DNA from: a virus
Lineage: Duplodnaviria > Caudoviricetes
IMG/VR virus record: IMGVR_UViG_3300032270_001615
Span: 1 to 64,000 of that record
Reading direction: 5' to 3' (one strand)
DNA: 64,000 bases
Positions 62,767-64,000 of this stretch are shown here, piece by piece. Numbering within the stretch: position 1 is the stretch's first letter; the number at the start of each line of letters is the position of its first letter. Under the pieces are notes generated by a model. It made no database searches, had not been told where the DNA came from, and saw nothing but the letters and a program-made list of their open reading frames with translations. The translations under genes and the position numbers were made by a program.

Positions 62767-63999
62767 TTATCTATCTTTCGGAAGATCAGCTGAACCAAGG
62801 TTTAGTTCTGCCCCTGGCTCATACCAGGATAACAGCTTTTTAAGAACTTCAATTTCTCGCTTATTCAACTTCCGGGAAAGTATGGTTCCTGAAGAATCTC
62901 TTTCTGCTGAATAGAGAGAGAGCCTCAAGGCGGCTATCACCGCTAATTCAGAGAACAATTCCACCCTGTTTTCTCCCCATTCAGATCGCAGCCACTCTGC
63001 AATTGGGAAGTTTGTAAGGGTGGACATATAAGAAGCCTGAGGGGAGCCGCCTCCGTATTTGGCGATATTCTCCGCAATACGTATTTCTTCAGGTGTTAGG
63101 TCATCGTACGTGTGTCTACCTATTGCGGTGAGCGTGAATATCAAGCCAGCATTTTTGCTTGTTGAATAATCCTGCCTATCTCCAGAAATTGAGATTATTG
63201 CTCTGGTTAGCGCTTGGTCAATGAGTTGAGCGGCAGCATTTGGGCTTGCGTCAAGCGGGTTTGGTACCTGCGTACCCGAGAATGTGTCGCTTATGGACAG
63301 CGAATCAAATAGATTGTTGACTCTCTCAAGCATGCTTTCGCTTGCCGCAAATGGGTCAGGATGCCCAATCTGGTTTACCAGTCCAAGCCTCCTAATTGCC
63401 TCAACCATCTTCGCTCGTGTTTCAACGGAAGCAACATCAGAAATGAAAGAGAAATTGTTCTGAATCGCCATGTTTAGCAAGGAAAGATCTTCTCTCATTT
63501 TATTAAACTCAGGAGAGCCTTGATGCATGAACGAATTGACACCTACTTCTGGGTCAAATGAACCGTCCTTGAATACTCTTCTATTACCGTAGACCATTCC
63601 AAGTGCCACAAAGTCCAAAAGATCTCTTACCTTCATCGCGGAGCCAACTGGAGTTCTTGGGACTATTCCTTGATCCAGAGCATCGGCCATGTCCCTTGAG
63701 GAAATTGACTGATTTCTTAGGAGCTCAAGAGTTCTGAACATTTCTCTGCTCATTGGTATTTCTTTACCGTTTTTGTCTAAAACGCTTTCTTTGAGTCTGT
63801 CTTGAGATTTGGACATAATCGCGTTCATGACTGAGTCCAGTGCTTGAAGCTGTGATTGTGCAGCGGCAACAAGTGCAAGGTCTCCGTTCGCTGCAGCTAC
63901 TCTCGCAGCCTCTTTTATGTCCTCTTGTGTTATTTCGTAATAAGAAATAAGCCAACTTACAGGATTTATGTCAGGACCGGTAACTGGGTCAACCTGAAA
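62767..63999 (-). CDS. C-terminal part of a large protein whose start lies beyond the window
   Basis: Frame of ORF 62767-63828 stays open to the window end (FQVDPVTGPDINP...LDSVMNA). Confidence 0.7.
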   Translation of the reverse strand, partial: FQVDPVTGPDINPVSWLISYYEITQEDIKEAARVAAANGDLALVAAAQSQLQALDSVMNAIMSKSQDRLKESVLDKNGKEIPMSREMFRTLELLRNQSISSRDMADALDQGIVPRTPVGSAMKVRDLLDFVALGMVYGNRRVFKDGSFDPEVGVNSFMHQGSPEFNKMREDLSLLNMAIQNNFSFISDVASVETRAKMVEAIRRLGLVNQIGHPDPFAASESMLERVNNLFDSLSISDTFSGTQVPNPLDASPNAAAQLIDQALTRAIISISGDRQDYSTSKNAGLIFTLTAIGRHTYDDLTPEEIRIAENIAKYGGGSPQASYMSTLTNFPIAEWLRSEWGENRVELFSELAVIAALRLSLYSAERDSSGTILSRKLNKREIEVLKKLLSWYEPGAELNLGSADLPKDR

Positions 64000-64000
64000 A

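Overview
This window is a fragment of a large tailed dsDNA phage genome (HK97-fold capsid). The host is most likely an actinobacterium: there are three WhiB genes and many leaderless TANNNT promoters. No bacterial housekeeping genes are present. Layout: (i) 0-11 kb: lysis genes (M15 peptidase, holin-like protein), metallophosphoesterase, proteasome/HslV-like Ntn protease, WhiB, RHH pair, replication-initiator/helicase-loader-like genes and Nmad1. (ii) About 9.5-25 kb: a divergently transcribed block of about 35 small accessory genes. It carries 18 copies of a promoter-like GGTTGT-N10-TATAACCGATA motif and 11 strictly co-oriented TTCCRCCACCGT boxes, and is bracketed by inverted AAAGTTACAC tandems. 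(iii) 25-35 kb: SNF2 helicase, DUF932, transglycosylase, SSB, primase-helicase and a small-terminase-like gene. (iv) 35-51 kb: head-associated proteins, an A-tract-free stretch ending at a possible genome terminus, three canonical tRNAs plus one D-armless tRNA-like RNA, class II RNR and two 2OG-Fe(II) oxygenases. (v) 51-64 kb: the major capsid gene preceded by very large modular proteins that share short motifs (DxDxD..QEGTxFERP, PCxxGY..CV) but carry different toxin-like enzymes (zeta-type kinase, ART-like, HipA/PI3K-like kinase; a related protein at 35.8-38.3 kb has a zincin). All product calls come from motif recognition by eye; no searches were run.
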